A stretch of 64,000 nt of DNA from Minisyncoccota bacterium (GCA_041653495.1 JBAZFF010000001.1:4987-68986); one strand, 5' to 3'. Shown: positions 7,118 to 16,036, counted from the stretch's first letter. The notes: generated by a model not told the origin, from the letters alone. Made by a program: numbers and translations.

Positions 7118-10093
7118 TTAAATCTGACTTCTTGTCGATATTTGATACTTTTTCTTTCTCCTATCAAAAGCCCTCTCTCCACCTTCCAGGATATCGCATA
7201 CCTGTTCAATAATTCCATTCTCAAACTGGTCAACGGGCATATTTGGTAATTGTCTTGCCTGATCCTCAAGTGAACCACAATCATATTCAAGACGAGGCGT
7301 GCGCTTGCCATTATAATTTGAAACGATGATTTGCTCGGCGTCTGTATTGACGACAAGATTAGGATTGTGAGTCACTATTATAATTTGTCGGTATTGTTTC
7401 CTCGATCGGAAATAATCGATTAAATCTTTATAAACCGACAGATTATCCAGATTTTCTTCTGGTTGGTCTATAATAAGCGGCCTGTAATCTCCTTTATCTA
7501 TCTCCAAATAAAGCATTAAAAGAATAATACCTTTTTGACCAGGAGATAGGAGGTACAAATCTGTGTCATCGAATTTTAAAGACGAAATAATCTTAAAATT
7601 CGTTGGATCGAAGAGCCAATTAAAGAAATCGTCGATACTATAATTTTCCCGTAGCTGTTCTTCAATAGAAATAATACCACCTTCAAAAGCGGTAAAACTC
7701 TCTAAAATTTTATTAATCTGTGCCTCTAACATTGCATCAGCAAAATCACCTCTCATGCATTCATCCCAGAAATAATTTAGTGTTGTTTTTAGCGTGTTGA
7801 TTTCTCTAAAATTTCCACGTCGCGTTCTGTCAATAATATCTAAACCACTTCGATAATGAGAATCGAGCTGGTAATTGATCTGTGCTTCAAATACAAGTTT
7901 TTTATCTGTGTCAGTTCCAGCAGAAAGTATATCTTGTAATGGTTTGTACAACTGCTCGATCTGCGTTTTTTCCTCTTTTAATAATTTAAAATAAGAACAG
8001 TAAGTAGTCATTCTATCTTTCTCTAAACGTTCTTTCTCTGGAGTAGATTCTGTTTTTATTTTAGTTATTTCATTCTCTAAGGCTTTAATTGATGCCTCGA
8101 CAGATAGGGCCGTTTTCTTTTGTTGTTGATACTTAAGTTTGGTTGTCTCAAAGGCTCTCGTTTGTTTCTGTTTTTCATCAATCCCATTATTTAAAGACTG
8201 CAGATTATCAAAGGGTAAGTCGATGGCTTGGATTGCAAGCAATTGAGCAACATCTTTCTTGGCGCCTTCTTTTAGGGTTTTTAGTTTTCCGCTGATTTCA
8301 TTTTTCTTTTGATCAAGTAAAGTTTTAATACCAGACTCATCAATATCAACCCTAAAGACTGAGGAGTTAGTAATGCCTACGTCTTGTAAAAGAGTTCCTG
8401 TTTCCTCTCGAAATTCTTCAATATGAGTTTTAAAAACTTTTACTTTTGTTTCAATTTCAATAATTTTACTAATTTGTGCCTGTAGTTCAATTATTTTGTT
8501 CTCAAATTTCTTTTTTATTTCAGATAAAGCCGCGAGCTCTTCTTGTCCCTTCTTATCTTCGGCTGGAAGTTCGGGTAAACTTTTATTAAGTCTTTCTAAT
8601 TCTTTTTTCTTTTCATCAAAGGTTTTTTCTTTGTCGGGCAGCGTTTTAAGAATTGTGGACAAAGAGCCTATTTTTTTGTTTATACCATTAATCTTCTTTA
8701 ATACTTGGTCTTTTTCATATTGAAAAGAACTTAATATTCGAGATTTTAGTTCATCAAAATCGGAAGCTCCAATTCGTTCTGTTTCATCAAGTGCCTGAAA
8801 AATAACATTTTCTATTTGTCTTTGCAGCTTCTCACTATTCTTGTGTGAGCATAAGTCTTCCACTGCACCCTGCGGTAAATACTGAACCAATTCTTGATCC
8901 TTAGTAAGGTTACCGACTTCAAATTCGGTCTTCGAATCGTCGGCCCAATCGATTGTTATCTTAGTATTAGAAATACTACTTTTATGCTTGGCTGCTTTTT
9001 TCAAAAAAGCATCTTCGTTATCGTCTTTACTACCAGCACCATAAGCAATTGCTTCGACTAAGGCCGACTTTCCAGAACCCCTACCACCAATAACCGCAAT
9101 CAAATCTCGGTTCAATTCTAATTTAAAGTTATCAGGAAACCATCCGTTAGATGAAGGTATTGATATCTGTTTAATCACTTTATGGTCTGGCTTGAAATTG
9201 GGAGGCGTGACCCCGATAAAGACGCGCGCATCTGGTTCGTTCAGTACTTGCTTCAAACCAGCAAATGTCGGATCGGCTTTTATCCAAAGTAAAGTTTCGC
9301 CGATACGATCGATTTTGTGAGCGTCTGACGAATGGAGGATAAGACTATTTAATTTATTAGTGATAAGGTCCTGTTTGTTTTCAAGAATTTTTGCTGGATC
9401 GTCTAAGCTTGTTAAGGAAAAATTAGCAGTATTAATAATCGTCCGCTTCTCGGCCGCAGCTTGATTCCACCTTGATTGGTCCCATTCGGAATAGCCAATA
9501 GCAGTTACAAACCTTCCTTTAAAACAATTCTTCTTCAATAATTCTTCTATATCCTCTCTTTTATAGGTGATATTTTCGAAACCAACTTCCAGGTCCGATT
9601 TGCTTTGAACAGAGTTATCACTTGGCGCAGCTGCTTTAATTTGCTGGCCAAGCTCCTGAAGGGATCGAACTGTTGGCGTTTGTCGCCACTCGGTCTTATC
9701 CTGAATCTTATATCCAGTAGATAAACAATTTAACAATTGATCTTTAATATCTTGAACTGAAACTGATGGATCAAAAAGGATGTGAAAATTATGACGCTTA
9801 GCACTATCTGCTGTACCACTAAAAGTATTCAGTCGGAATTCGATATTCGGAACAATAAGCTCTATATTCGGTATCTCGTTTTTTCTTGTTAATAAATGTT
9901 CGTATCCTTCACAAAAAAGATAATCGGTTATACCAATTACCTTTATTTCTTTGGGAAGCGAAGCAAGCTTAGTAATGAATGCATCCCAAGACGTTTTGTT
10001 ATCTCCGCCATACTCCTGAATTATCGATTTTGGGGTGTGAATGTGTAGGTCCCATTTACGCCACTCAGAACCCCTTGGGTATTTACTATTCAT
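7118..10093 (-). CDS. PHP-domain phosphoesterase fused to a Rad50/SbcC-like coiled-coil ABC ATPase; defence-associated and uncharacterised
   Basis: N-terminal PHP motifs WDLHIHTPKS (HxH), HNFHILFD and LHSSDAHKID (DxH). Walker A AVIGGRGSGKSALVEAI near residue 335, about 350 aa of charged heptad-rich coiled coil, then C-terminal signature-like LSPGQKG, Walker B LIIDQPEENLD and H-loop VTHN. Starts 4 nt after the res stop. Confidence 0.6.
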   Translation of the reverse strand: MNSKYPRGSEWRKWDLHIHTPKSIIQEYGGDNKTSWDAFITKLASLPKEIKVIGITDYLFCEGYEHLLTRKNEIPNIELIVPNIEFRLNTFSGTADSAKRHNFHILFDPSVSVQDIKDQLLNCLSTGYKIQDKTEWRQTPTVRSLQELGQQIKAAAPSDNSVQSKSDLEVGFENITYKREDIEELLKKNCFKGRFVTAIGYSEWDQSRWNQAAAEKRTIINTANFSLTSLDDPAKILENKQDLITNKLNSLILHSSDAHKIDRIGETLLWIKADPTFAGLKQVLNEPDARVFIGVTPPNFKPDHKVIKQISIPSSNGWFPDNFKLELNRDLIAVIGGRGSGKSALVEAIAYGAGSKDDNEDAFLKKAAKHKSSISNTKITIDWADDSKTEFEVGNLTKDQELVQYLPQGAVEDLCSHKNSEKLQRQIENVIFQALDETERIGASDFDELKSRILSSFQYEKDQVLKKINGINKKIGSLSTILKTLPDKEKTFDEKKKELERLNKSLPELPAEDKKGQEELAALSEIKKKFENKIIELQAQISKIIEIETKVKVFKTHIEEFREETGTLLQDVGITNSSVFRVDIDESGIKTLLDQKKNEISGKLKTLKEGAKKDVAQLLAIQAIDLPFDNLQSLNNGIDEKQKQTRAFETTKLKYQQQKKTALSVEASIKALENEITKIKTESTPEKERLEKDRMTTYCSYFKLLKEEKTQIEQLYKPLQDILSAGTDTDKKLVFEAQINYQLDSHYRSGLDIIDRTRRGNFREINTLKTTLNYFWDECMRGDFADAMLEAQINKILESFTAFEGGIISIEEQLRENYSIDDFFNWLFDPTNFKIISSLKFDDTDLYLLSPGQKGIILLMLYLEIDKGDYRPLIIDQPEENLDNLSVYKDLIDYFRSRKQYRQIIIVTHNPNLVVNTDAEQIIVSNYNGKRTPRLEYDCGSLEDQARQLPNMPVDQFENGIIEQVCDILEGGERAFDRRKKKYQISTRSQI

Positions 10094-10097
10094 ATTT

Positions 10098-12329
10098 TTA
10101 TAAATTCAAAAACTCCCAATCCTTCAGATTGTTTGGATCGTAAGAGTACTTATCTTTACTATTAACGCGCCAGCTGTTTTTATCCTTAACCACAATGCCG
10201 CCAAATAATTTCTTCCCAGTTTTGTTTAACTTTTTAATGTAAGCTTGTAAACCTTCGGCGCGATCCTTTGCAGTTTGAGCATAAATGCCACCCTTAGTAT
10301 CAAATAAACCAATGCGACCATCTTTCATCTTCACGATAAAATCGACATAAAATGGTTTGTCAGCTCCCGCCTCTGTGTATGGCACAGCAAAATAAGTCGC
10401 ATCACTCTTGCCGTTCTTAAACCACCACTCAATTTGTTTAGCTTTTTCCAAGTACTCAATAAACGAAACTTCAACATCGCTGTCTTCTTCGAACAATGAG
10501 AGAGTGTTGTTGCCCTTTGTCTTCGCGTAATAAGGCTGAATAATTGATTTTTTATAGTCCTTCTTCACAAAAGTCAGATTGTAATTAATCGTGCCAGGAA
10601 CATTCCATAGCTCCTCGTTCTCGATTAATTCGTACTTGCCTCTGCCAACAACGTCCTGGTAAAGCTCTTTTGCTTTATTAATGACATCTGTGACGATTTG
10701 TCTGTTTTCTTCGGCCAACACGATGGCTTGAATCTTCGGCCAGTCATCAACACCCATCTTAAATGCCTTATCAAAAAAACGATAAATAGAATCATTGATA
10801 CGCTTAATCGATCGTAATTCAGGAGCAAACGGGGTCAAATTTTCACGAGCAAAATAATCAAAAGCGTTCTGTAATTCCACTTCATTCTTCGGTATGTCAA
10901 GCGTTCCTTTTTTCTCAACGCTTTTTGTTTCTTTATCAACATCGACAATGCGTCCGCTGGCGATAATTTTAGTATCGACAATGCTGTGTTTAAGAGAAAT
11001 GTGGTCCTTTAGTTTAAGCTCGTCGGCCGCTTTAAAAAAGATAGGCACAAAATCAGACGACAAACGAGTTTCCTCACGAAAACGTTTAGAATGATATGAT
11101 GACAAATTAATATTTTTATAATTATCACGGCGCTTGCCTTCAAAAACTGTTATGTATTCTTTGGCAATATCCTCAGCAATACCAATATCGCTTAAGCTTG
11201 TAAAAACATAACCAAGATTTAGCTCAGGAGTCTTGTAGTGATGATGCTCTGGCATACGCATGATACGGCCTATAGTTTGGATTGAGAATACAACACTCTT
11301 CCATTCACGGAACAAAACTAATATCGCAGCGCGAGGGCAATCCCAGCCGACTGCAATGGCTTGCTTAAAGATCATCACCTCAACCTCGTTCTCATCTTTT
11401 TCAATATTCTCCAGGTTTATTTTGTTATCTTTCTCAGAGAGATAAATTGCAAGTTTTCCATTCTCGGTAGTGATGCCATACTTGCCCAATAATTGAATTA
11501 CGGAATCCTTTTTATCTATTCCAGCGTGGGAGTCAGGTATCTGTATTAGCATTAACGGATTAACATTTGATCCCTCGGCTGTGTAAAGTTTTGTCAACTC
11601 AACTCGTTTCTTGAGCCCCGCTTCGACAACGATTTCGTCTGCCGTTTTATCGGCTAACTTCTTATCCAAATGAAAACTTTCAAACCCAGGGTTAATAACG
11701 ATTTCCTTCTTAATCATCCCTTCGTCCTTAACTTCCTTAAGCTCAACTTCAACACCACGGAAAACACCCTTGAACTGTGGAGTAGCGGAAACCTCAATGG
11801 TTATTTTGGGACCAATCTCTTCGATGAGTTCTTTTGATTTTTCAGTTTCAGCGTTGCGGTGACTCTCATCGATTACCAGGATAATTGTTCTGCCTTCATC
11901 TTTCGTTCTGGTAATTACATTGGAAAGGTTATTGTCGCGTTCGTTAGCGCGAACATAAATATTTTCTTTTTTGTTTATACTGGCCCAATTTAAAAACAAA
12001 ATTTCGTTCTCTGCGATTTTTCTATCTTCCAGATCTTCATAATAAGAACACTTCAAGCCAACACCAAACTGGTCATAATATTTTTTTAAACTATTACGGC
12101 TTTGATCATGTAGTTTGTTTACCGCTATCCAAACAAAAGAAAATTTACGTCCATCAATTCTTGAATCAATAAGGCGCTTTAAAAACTCAGCCATCATTAA
12201 AGTCTTGCCTGATCCTGTGGGTGCTTTAAAAATACAGATTTTATCGCCTTCTGCTTCCAATAAATCGTTAACCTCTTGTTTGAGTTTTACGATTGCTTTT
12301 TCTTGATAATTTTTAAATTCAATCCACAT
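10098..12329 (-). CDS. res: Type III restriction enzyme Res subunit (SF2 helicase plus PD-(D/E)xK nuclease)
   Basis: KAPTGSGKT (motif I), VIDESHR (motif II), and a C-terminal nuclease-like PFYVDFIV…LFDTKGG. Sits 3 nt downstream of mod. Confidence 0.8.
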   Translation of the reverse strand: MWIEFKNYQEKAIVKLKQEVNDLLEAEGDKICIFKAPTGSGKTLMMAEFLKRLIDSRIDGRKFSFVWIAVNKLHDQSRNSLKKYYDQFGVGLKCSYYEDLEDRKIAENEILFLNWASINKKENIYVRANERDNNLSNVITRTKDEGRTIILVIDESHRNAETEKSKELIEEIGPKITIEVSATPQFKGVFRGVEVELKEVKDEGMIKKEIVINPGFESFHLDKKLADKTADEIVVEAGLKKRVELTKLYTAEGSNVNPLMLIQIPDSHAGIDKKDSVIQLLGKYGITTENGKLAIYLSEKDNKINLENIEKDENEVEVMIFKQAIAVGWDCPRAAILVLFREWKSVVFSIQTIGRIMRMPEHHHYKTPELNLGYVFTSLSDIGIAEDIAKEYITVFEGKRRDNYKNINLSSYHSKRFREETRLSSDFVPIFFKAADELKLKDHISLKHSIVDTKIIASGRIVDVDKETKSVEKKGTLDIPKNEVELQNAFDYFARENLTPFAPELRSIKRINDSIYRFFDKAFKMGVDDWPKIQAIVLAEENRQIVTDVINKAKELYQDVVGRGKYELIENEELWNVPGTINYNLTFVKKDYKKSIIQPYYAKTKGNNTLSLFEEDSDVEVSFIEYLEKAKQIEWWFKNGKSDATYFAVPYTEAGADKPFYVDFIVKMKDGRIGLFDTKGGIYAQTAKDRAEGLQAYIKKLNKTGKKLFGGIVVKDKNSWRVNSKDKYSYDPNNLKDWEFLNL

Positions 12330-12332
12330 ATT

Positions 12333-14057
12333 TTATTTAAAAATCTCACGATATACTTTCAAAATAACTTCGGGTATAGCACAAAGCGTGACTCGACTGC
12401 GCACATCCATAAACTGCTTCTCGTGCGGATCATCGCCCAAAGAAAACACATAGACATTAAAATGGCCCTTGATTTTCTTTATTGCTTTTTTGAAATCATC
12501 GATAGCTTCTTCATAAAATACGATACCGAGATATTTATCGCTATTCTTGAAAATCTTAAAATCGCTCTCGTCCTGAATTAACTCAAAAGCACTCTCTTTA
12601 ATACAGAGCATCTCAGTCGATTCATTAACCAGCTTGCGCTTATTGCGGTCCGTCGGTTCGGCTTCTACAAAATCGCAGGTGTAATACTTTAAGTTTCCTC
12701 CCAAGCCCTTAACCTTTTCTCCTTTCGTGCCCTTATATCCTTCAATGGCTTTATTCAATCGCGGATAACAAATATCTGAAGCAATCTTTAATCCACTACC
12801 ATTATTATCTTCATTGTTTGTACACAGGATGAATCGTCTCTTTCCACCATCTTCTTTATTTAATTCAAGTAATGCATGTCCAGTAGTCCCTGAGCCCGCA
12901 AAAAAATCCAATATAGTTATATCGTTGGGCTTATTCGTTATCTGAATAAGATATTTAATTAAATTTACAGGCTTCGAATAATTAAAATCTATTCCCATTT
13001 CGCTCAACAAGTCAGCGCCACGTCTATTTATAAATTCATCAAGGAAATTTCTTGGTCTTTTTCCTTCTTCTTCTCTATCGCTAAGATAAGTTTTTGTATA
13101 AATATTCCATACAGATTTTTTTCCTTTATCGTCTAAAAGAGGTGAATTTTTTGCTTTCTTAAAAACAACCCGATCATTTTTAAAGTTTTCCAGAAATGTC
13201 TTTTCGGTCCATCGATAAACCTTTCCTTTCGGTGGTCGCGCCTTAGAGCCATCAGGACATATGATAAAATAGTTCTGATTCGGCCGAACATCCAAAGCGG
13301 CCTGATATAAAGATATCTCTCTATATTTTCCTCTCTTGTCTTCTCTATTAAAAAGCTTTACCCAGTCGTCGGTAACAATGTCTTTGAACTTACCTAATTG
13401 TTGGAGGTCTTTTGTATAGCACAAGAGATAATCAACTGATGGAGAGAATTGGGTTCCTTTATTACTGGCCGTTTTAGCTACCCTGGATATAACTTCCACA
13501 AGATTAAGCTCGCCAAATATCTCGTCACACATCATCTTGAGCTGCGCTAATTCATCATTACCAATACTTATAAACATAACACCGTCTGGCTTAAGAAGAT
13601 TTCTTGCAAGCTTTAACCTTTTTTCCATGAAATTAAGCCATTTACTGTGACGAAACGGATCTTCTTTGTCGACTCTTTTATCATTATAAATAAAATCATC
13701 ATTCCCAGTGTTGTACGGAGGATCGATGTAAATAAAATCAACCGCTTCATAATTGGTAAAATTTAAAACTGCAAGTGAATGGTAATTATCTCCCTCAATT
13801 AATAAATTTACGGGTTTATTTTGGTCATCATTTATTTCTTTACTTTTAGCCTCTTTTAAAACTGGGAATGGTCTACCCACCATTTCATTAGGGAACATTT
13901 CATTGGGAGTACGAGCATCAGGATTGATAAGAATATCGATCTTTTCTTCTGGGAGATCGCGATGCCAAACAAGCCCGTATTTTGTTTCCTTAATACGGCG
14001 CAACTCTTTAATGAGTTCCTCTTTGGACCAATTGTCGTAATTAATTTTTCTTGCCAT
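12333..14057 (-). CDS. mod: Type III R-M Mod subunit (beta-class N6-adenine DNA methyltransferase)
   Basis: IYIDPPYNTG (motif IV) precedes FFAGSGTTGHA (motif I), the beta-class order typical of Type III Mod. Confidence 0.85.
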   Translation of the reverse strand: MARKINYDNWSKEELIKELRRIKETKYGLVWHRDLPEEKIDILINPDARTPNEMFPNEMVGRPFPVLKEAKSKEINDDQNKPVNLLIEGDNYHSLAVLNFTNYEAVDFIYIDPPYNTGNDDFIYNDKRVDKEDPFRHSKWLNFMEKRLKLARNLLKPDGVMFISIGNDELAQLKMMCDEIFGELNLVEVISRVAKTASNKGTQFSPSVDYLLCYTKDLQQLGKFKDIVTDDWVKLFNREDKRGKYREISLYQAALDVRPNQNYFIICPDGSKARPPKGKVYRWTEKTFLENFKNDRVVFKKAKNSPLLDDKGKKSVWNIYTKTYLSDREEEGKRPRNFLDEFINRRGADLLSEMGIDFNYSKPVNLIKYLIQITNKPNDITILDFFAGSGTTGHALLELNKEDGGKRRFILCTNNEDNNGSGLKIASDICYPRLNKAIEGYKGTKGEKVKGLGGNLKYYTCDFVEAEPTDRNKRKLVNESTEMLCIKESAFELIQDESDFKIFKNSDKYLGIVFYEEAIDDFKKAIKKIKGHFNVYVFSLGDDPHEKQFMDVRSRVTLCAIPEVILKVYREIFK

Positions 14058-14276
14058 ATCTTTTATTATCTTTAAGATTGCTCGTCTTATCTAAAAAAGC
14101 ATTAAGGTCAGATTCTTTGATCCGCCAAACCCCAATCTTCGAATCTCTGAACTTACCGAGTTCAATCTTTATATAAATTTAACATTTCCAAGAAAGAAAA
14201 CAACCTTCTCGGGAAAGCCAATTTTGATGGCGGGAAAGTCGACCTATTTACGTTTAAATATTGAGGACTTTTCGTC

Positions 14277-14310
14277 TATATGTCGCACAAGGTAGATTGT
14301 GAGACAAATA
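14277..14310 (+). repeat. 34-bp palindromic core site TATATGTCGCACAA-GGTAGA-TTGTGAGACAAATA; candidate dif/att-type tyrosine-recombinase site
   Basis: Two 14-nt arms that are inverted repeats of each other (12/14) flank a 6-bp spacer. The left arm equals 985-998 and the right half is the array motif. Confidence 0.55.
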
Positions 14311-14338
14311 AAAAACCAGCCATTAGGCTGATTTCTTA
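14311..14338 (+). terminator. Hairpin CCAGCC-att-AGGCTG flanked by an A-run and a T-run
   Basis: Bidirectional terminator-like structure abutting the core site. Confidence 0.45.
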
Positions 14339-14373
14339 TCCTAAATAAATCTCTTATGACACTTGCTTAGGAA

Positions 14374-14412
14374 TGTTAGCGGGAAAATCTTATATAATCT
14401 TCCCGCTAATTG
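14374..14412 (-). terminator. Perfect 10-bp inverted repeat TTAGCGGGAA…TTCCCGCTAA downstream of 14428..14781
   Basis: Hairpin 16 nt after the stop of the minus-strand gene. Confidence 0.4.
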
Positions 14413-14427
14413 TGCAGTAATTCTAAT

Positions 14428-14781
14428 TTACCCAGGTGCTTTTGAAAGCCAATAACCTTGGGCGGGATTGACGGTGGCGACAGAACATTCGACCAGCGCC
14501 TGAGGGTAAAGTCTTTTTACGGCTTCCCCCACTCTTGTTGCGAGGCACTGACGAACTTCCGCCGTCCGCTCAGGTTTCTCGTACAGGGCGCTGATCTCGA
14601 CGATTATTTCGTCTCCGAGGCCGTACTGCATTAGGTCCGGCGGGAAGAGACACGTCATATCTTTTTCATCGCGAAGGCCCAACTCGGGCACCGATAGGAC
14701 GGCTCTTACGATTTCTTGATGAAGCTTATTAAAGTCAGCCTCATCTCCTTTTGGCAAACACCATACTTTAATTACTGGCAC
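14428..14781 (-). CDS. Tautomerase-superfamily-like protein (N-terminal MPVIKV); high-GC cassette gene
   Basis: Begins (GTG)M-P-V-I-K-V as in 4-OT/MSAD family proteins. AGGAGG RBS 9 nt upstream. GC is much higher than in neighbouring genes. Confidence 0.35.
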   Translation of the reverse strand: MPVIKVWCLPKGDEADFNKLHQEIVRAVLSVPELGLRDEKDMTCLFPPDLMQYGLGDEIIVEISALYEKPERTAEVRQCLATRVGEAVKRLYPQALVECSVATVNPAQGYWLSKAPG

Positions 14782-14784
14782 TTA

Positions 14785-14870
14785 TTCTTTCCTCCTTTAT
14801 TTTCGCTAACAAAACAATAACATATATTTATGGTATTGTCAACTGTAAGGTAGATCGTGAGACAAATAAA
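14785..14870 (-). promoter_or_regulatory. Cassette 5' module: motif copy R2 plus TTGACA-N17-TATTGT promoter plus RBS; about 85% identical to 22381..22462
   Basis: The minus strand reads TTGACAataccataaatatatgtTATTGT, then AGGAGG and the GTG start. A near-identical block lies upstream of the unrelated gene 21997..22356. Confidence 0.5.
14849..14868 (+). repeat. Array motif copy R2 (GGTAGATCGTGAGACAAATA)
   Basis: 19/20 match to the consensus, followed by hairpin GAGGCTTG…CAAGCC and TTTT (14872-14905). Confidence 0.7.
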
Positions 14871-14920
14871 AAGAGGCTTGCAGTAATTAACCACAAGCCC
14901 TTTTGAACTGTTTCCCTAAA

Positions 14921-16036
14921 TCACCGGACACCGAGGGTTGAGCCCAAGTATTCGAGATTTTTAGGTTCGATGATAACCTTTTTGTCGCTGCTCCGCTTGA
15001 TGAAGCCGGCCCGTAGAGCGACAAGGCCGAGACGTTCAGCGACCAAGCAAACATTTTTCACATCCCGTTGCGATACATAAAGAGCAAAACCCGCTCCCAT
15101 ATTCAGGTTGCCGTATGCTTCCCTGTCGTCCACCGGGCCGTGCTTCTGCAAAAATCCGAAAATAGGCTGTTGCCTCGGTAAACGCTTGATTACGTATGCG
15201 AAGGACTGAGGGGCGCGCATTAGTTTCCGCCATCCGTGTCCGGTTATATTCACCGCATAGTGAATATTTATACCGGAATTCATGCAGTCTTCCACGAGTC
15301 CGACGTAGATGTGTGTCGGGTCAAGAAGCGTCTCTCCGTATGTCCGTCCGTCATCAATCCGCGTAAGATATCCTTCGGGCAATATTTTTGCAATTTCCCG
15401 GGCCATTGTAAGGCCGTTTGCATGGATGCCGGAGCTTTCAATAAGAATAATCGCATCCCCATCCCGGATGTTTTTTGCAGAGATCAGCCTTTCTTTGGGC
15501 TTTACAAGACCCATCGCTGAACCGGAAAGTACAACGGCATACGGCACGACCACTCCCTTGAGAGTCGGCGTTTCGCCGCCACCCCATACGCACCGCGCTA
15601 GGTTGCAGGCCTTCTTCCATCCCTCGACTAAGTCGCGACACCGCTTCTCGTCTTTGAACCATTGGGAATCTCCGACGGCAAGATGCATCGCCACTGAAAG
15701 GGGCAGCGCGCCAAGCGTAATCATATCGTTAACGATCATTGCTACTGTACACTGCGCAATCTGGTCGTAATACGATTTGCCGGTACACCGGTACATCTCA
15801 TCTGCAACCAGATTCTTTGTTCCGAGCCCCTCCTCTACGTGGGCGAAATAGCTTTTCGCCGCTTGGATAAGATAGGCACTTTCTCCGCGGCTCGCCTCAA
15901 GTTCTTCGAACTCTCCGTTATTAAGGCGATCTATATTTGCCGCCGTTTCACGGCCGGCAATTTGTGCCATCCTCTTGAAAGGATCCATGGCGTCATAGTC
16001 GACGCCCACATCCGCATAGGTCATCCTTTTTTCCAT
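14921..16036 (-). CDS. AIR-synthase-related (PurM-like) protein; high-GC cassette gene
   Basis: N-terminal YADVGVDYD resembles PurM YKDAGVDIDAG; GLGTKNLVA…IAQCTVAMIVNDMITLGALPL resembles the PurM-family ATP-binding region. Confidence 0.55.
   Translation of the reverse strand: MEKRMTYADVGVDYDAMDPFKRMAQIAGRETAANIDRLNNGEFEELEASRGESAYLIQAAKSYFAHVEEGLGTKNLVADEMYRCTGKSYYDQIAQCTVAMIVNDMITLGALPLSVAMHLAVGDSQWFKDEKRCRDLVEGWKKACNLARCVWGGGETPTLKGVVVPYAVVLSGSAMGLVKPKERLISAKNIRDGDAIILIESSGIHANGLTMAREIAKILPEGYLTRIDDGRTYGETLLDPTHIYVGLVEDCMNSGINIHYAVNITGHGWRKLMRAPQSFAYVIKRLPRQQPIFGFLQKHGPVDDREAYGNLNMGAGFALYVSQRDVKNVCLVAERLGLVALRAGFIKRSSDKKVIIEPKNLEYLGSTLGVR

Noticed and set aside
7042-7356. 104-aa ORF overlapping the 3' end of the PHP-SMC gene
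   Set aside because: It lies in an alternative frame of the better-supported 991-aa gene's C-terminus and has no independent signals.
7361-7375. Partial match GGATTGTGAGTCAC inside the PHP-SMC coding sequence
   Set aside because: Only about 9 nt of similarity to the array motif, inside a coding region, with no adjacent hairpin or T-tract. Judged a chance match.
14291-14310. Array motif as simply the shared -35/UP element of a sigma factor regulon
   Set aside because: Not fully excluded. However, the motif keeps one orientation regardless of the direction of the adjacent gene and sits between a terminator and the -35, outside it. One copy forms a full inverted-arm/6-bp-spacer site whose arm recurs beside the recombinase gene. 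These features fit a recombination site better than a promoter element.
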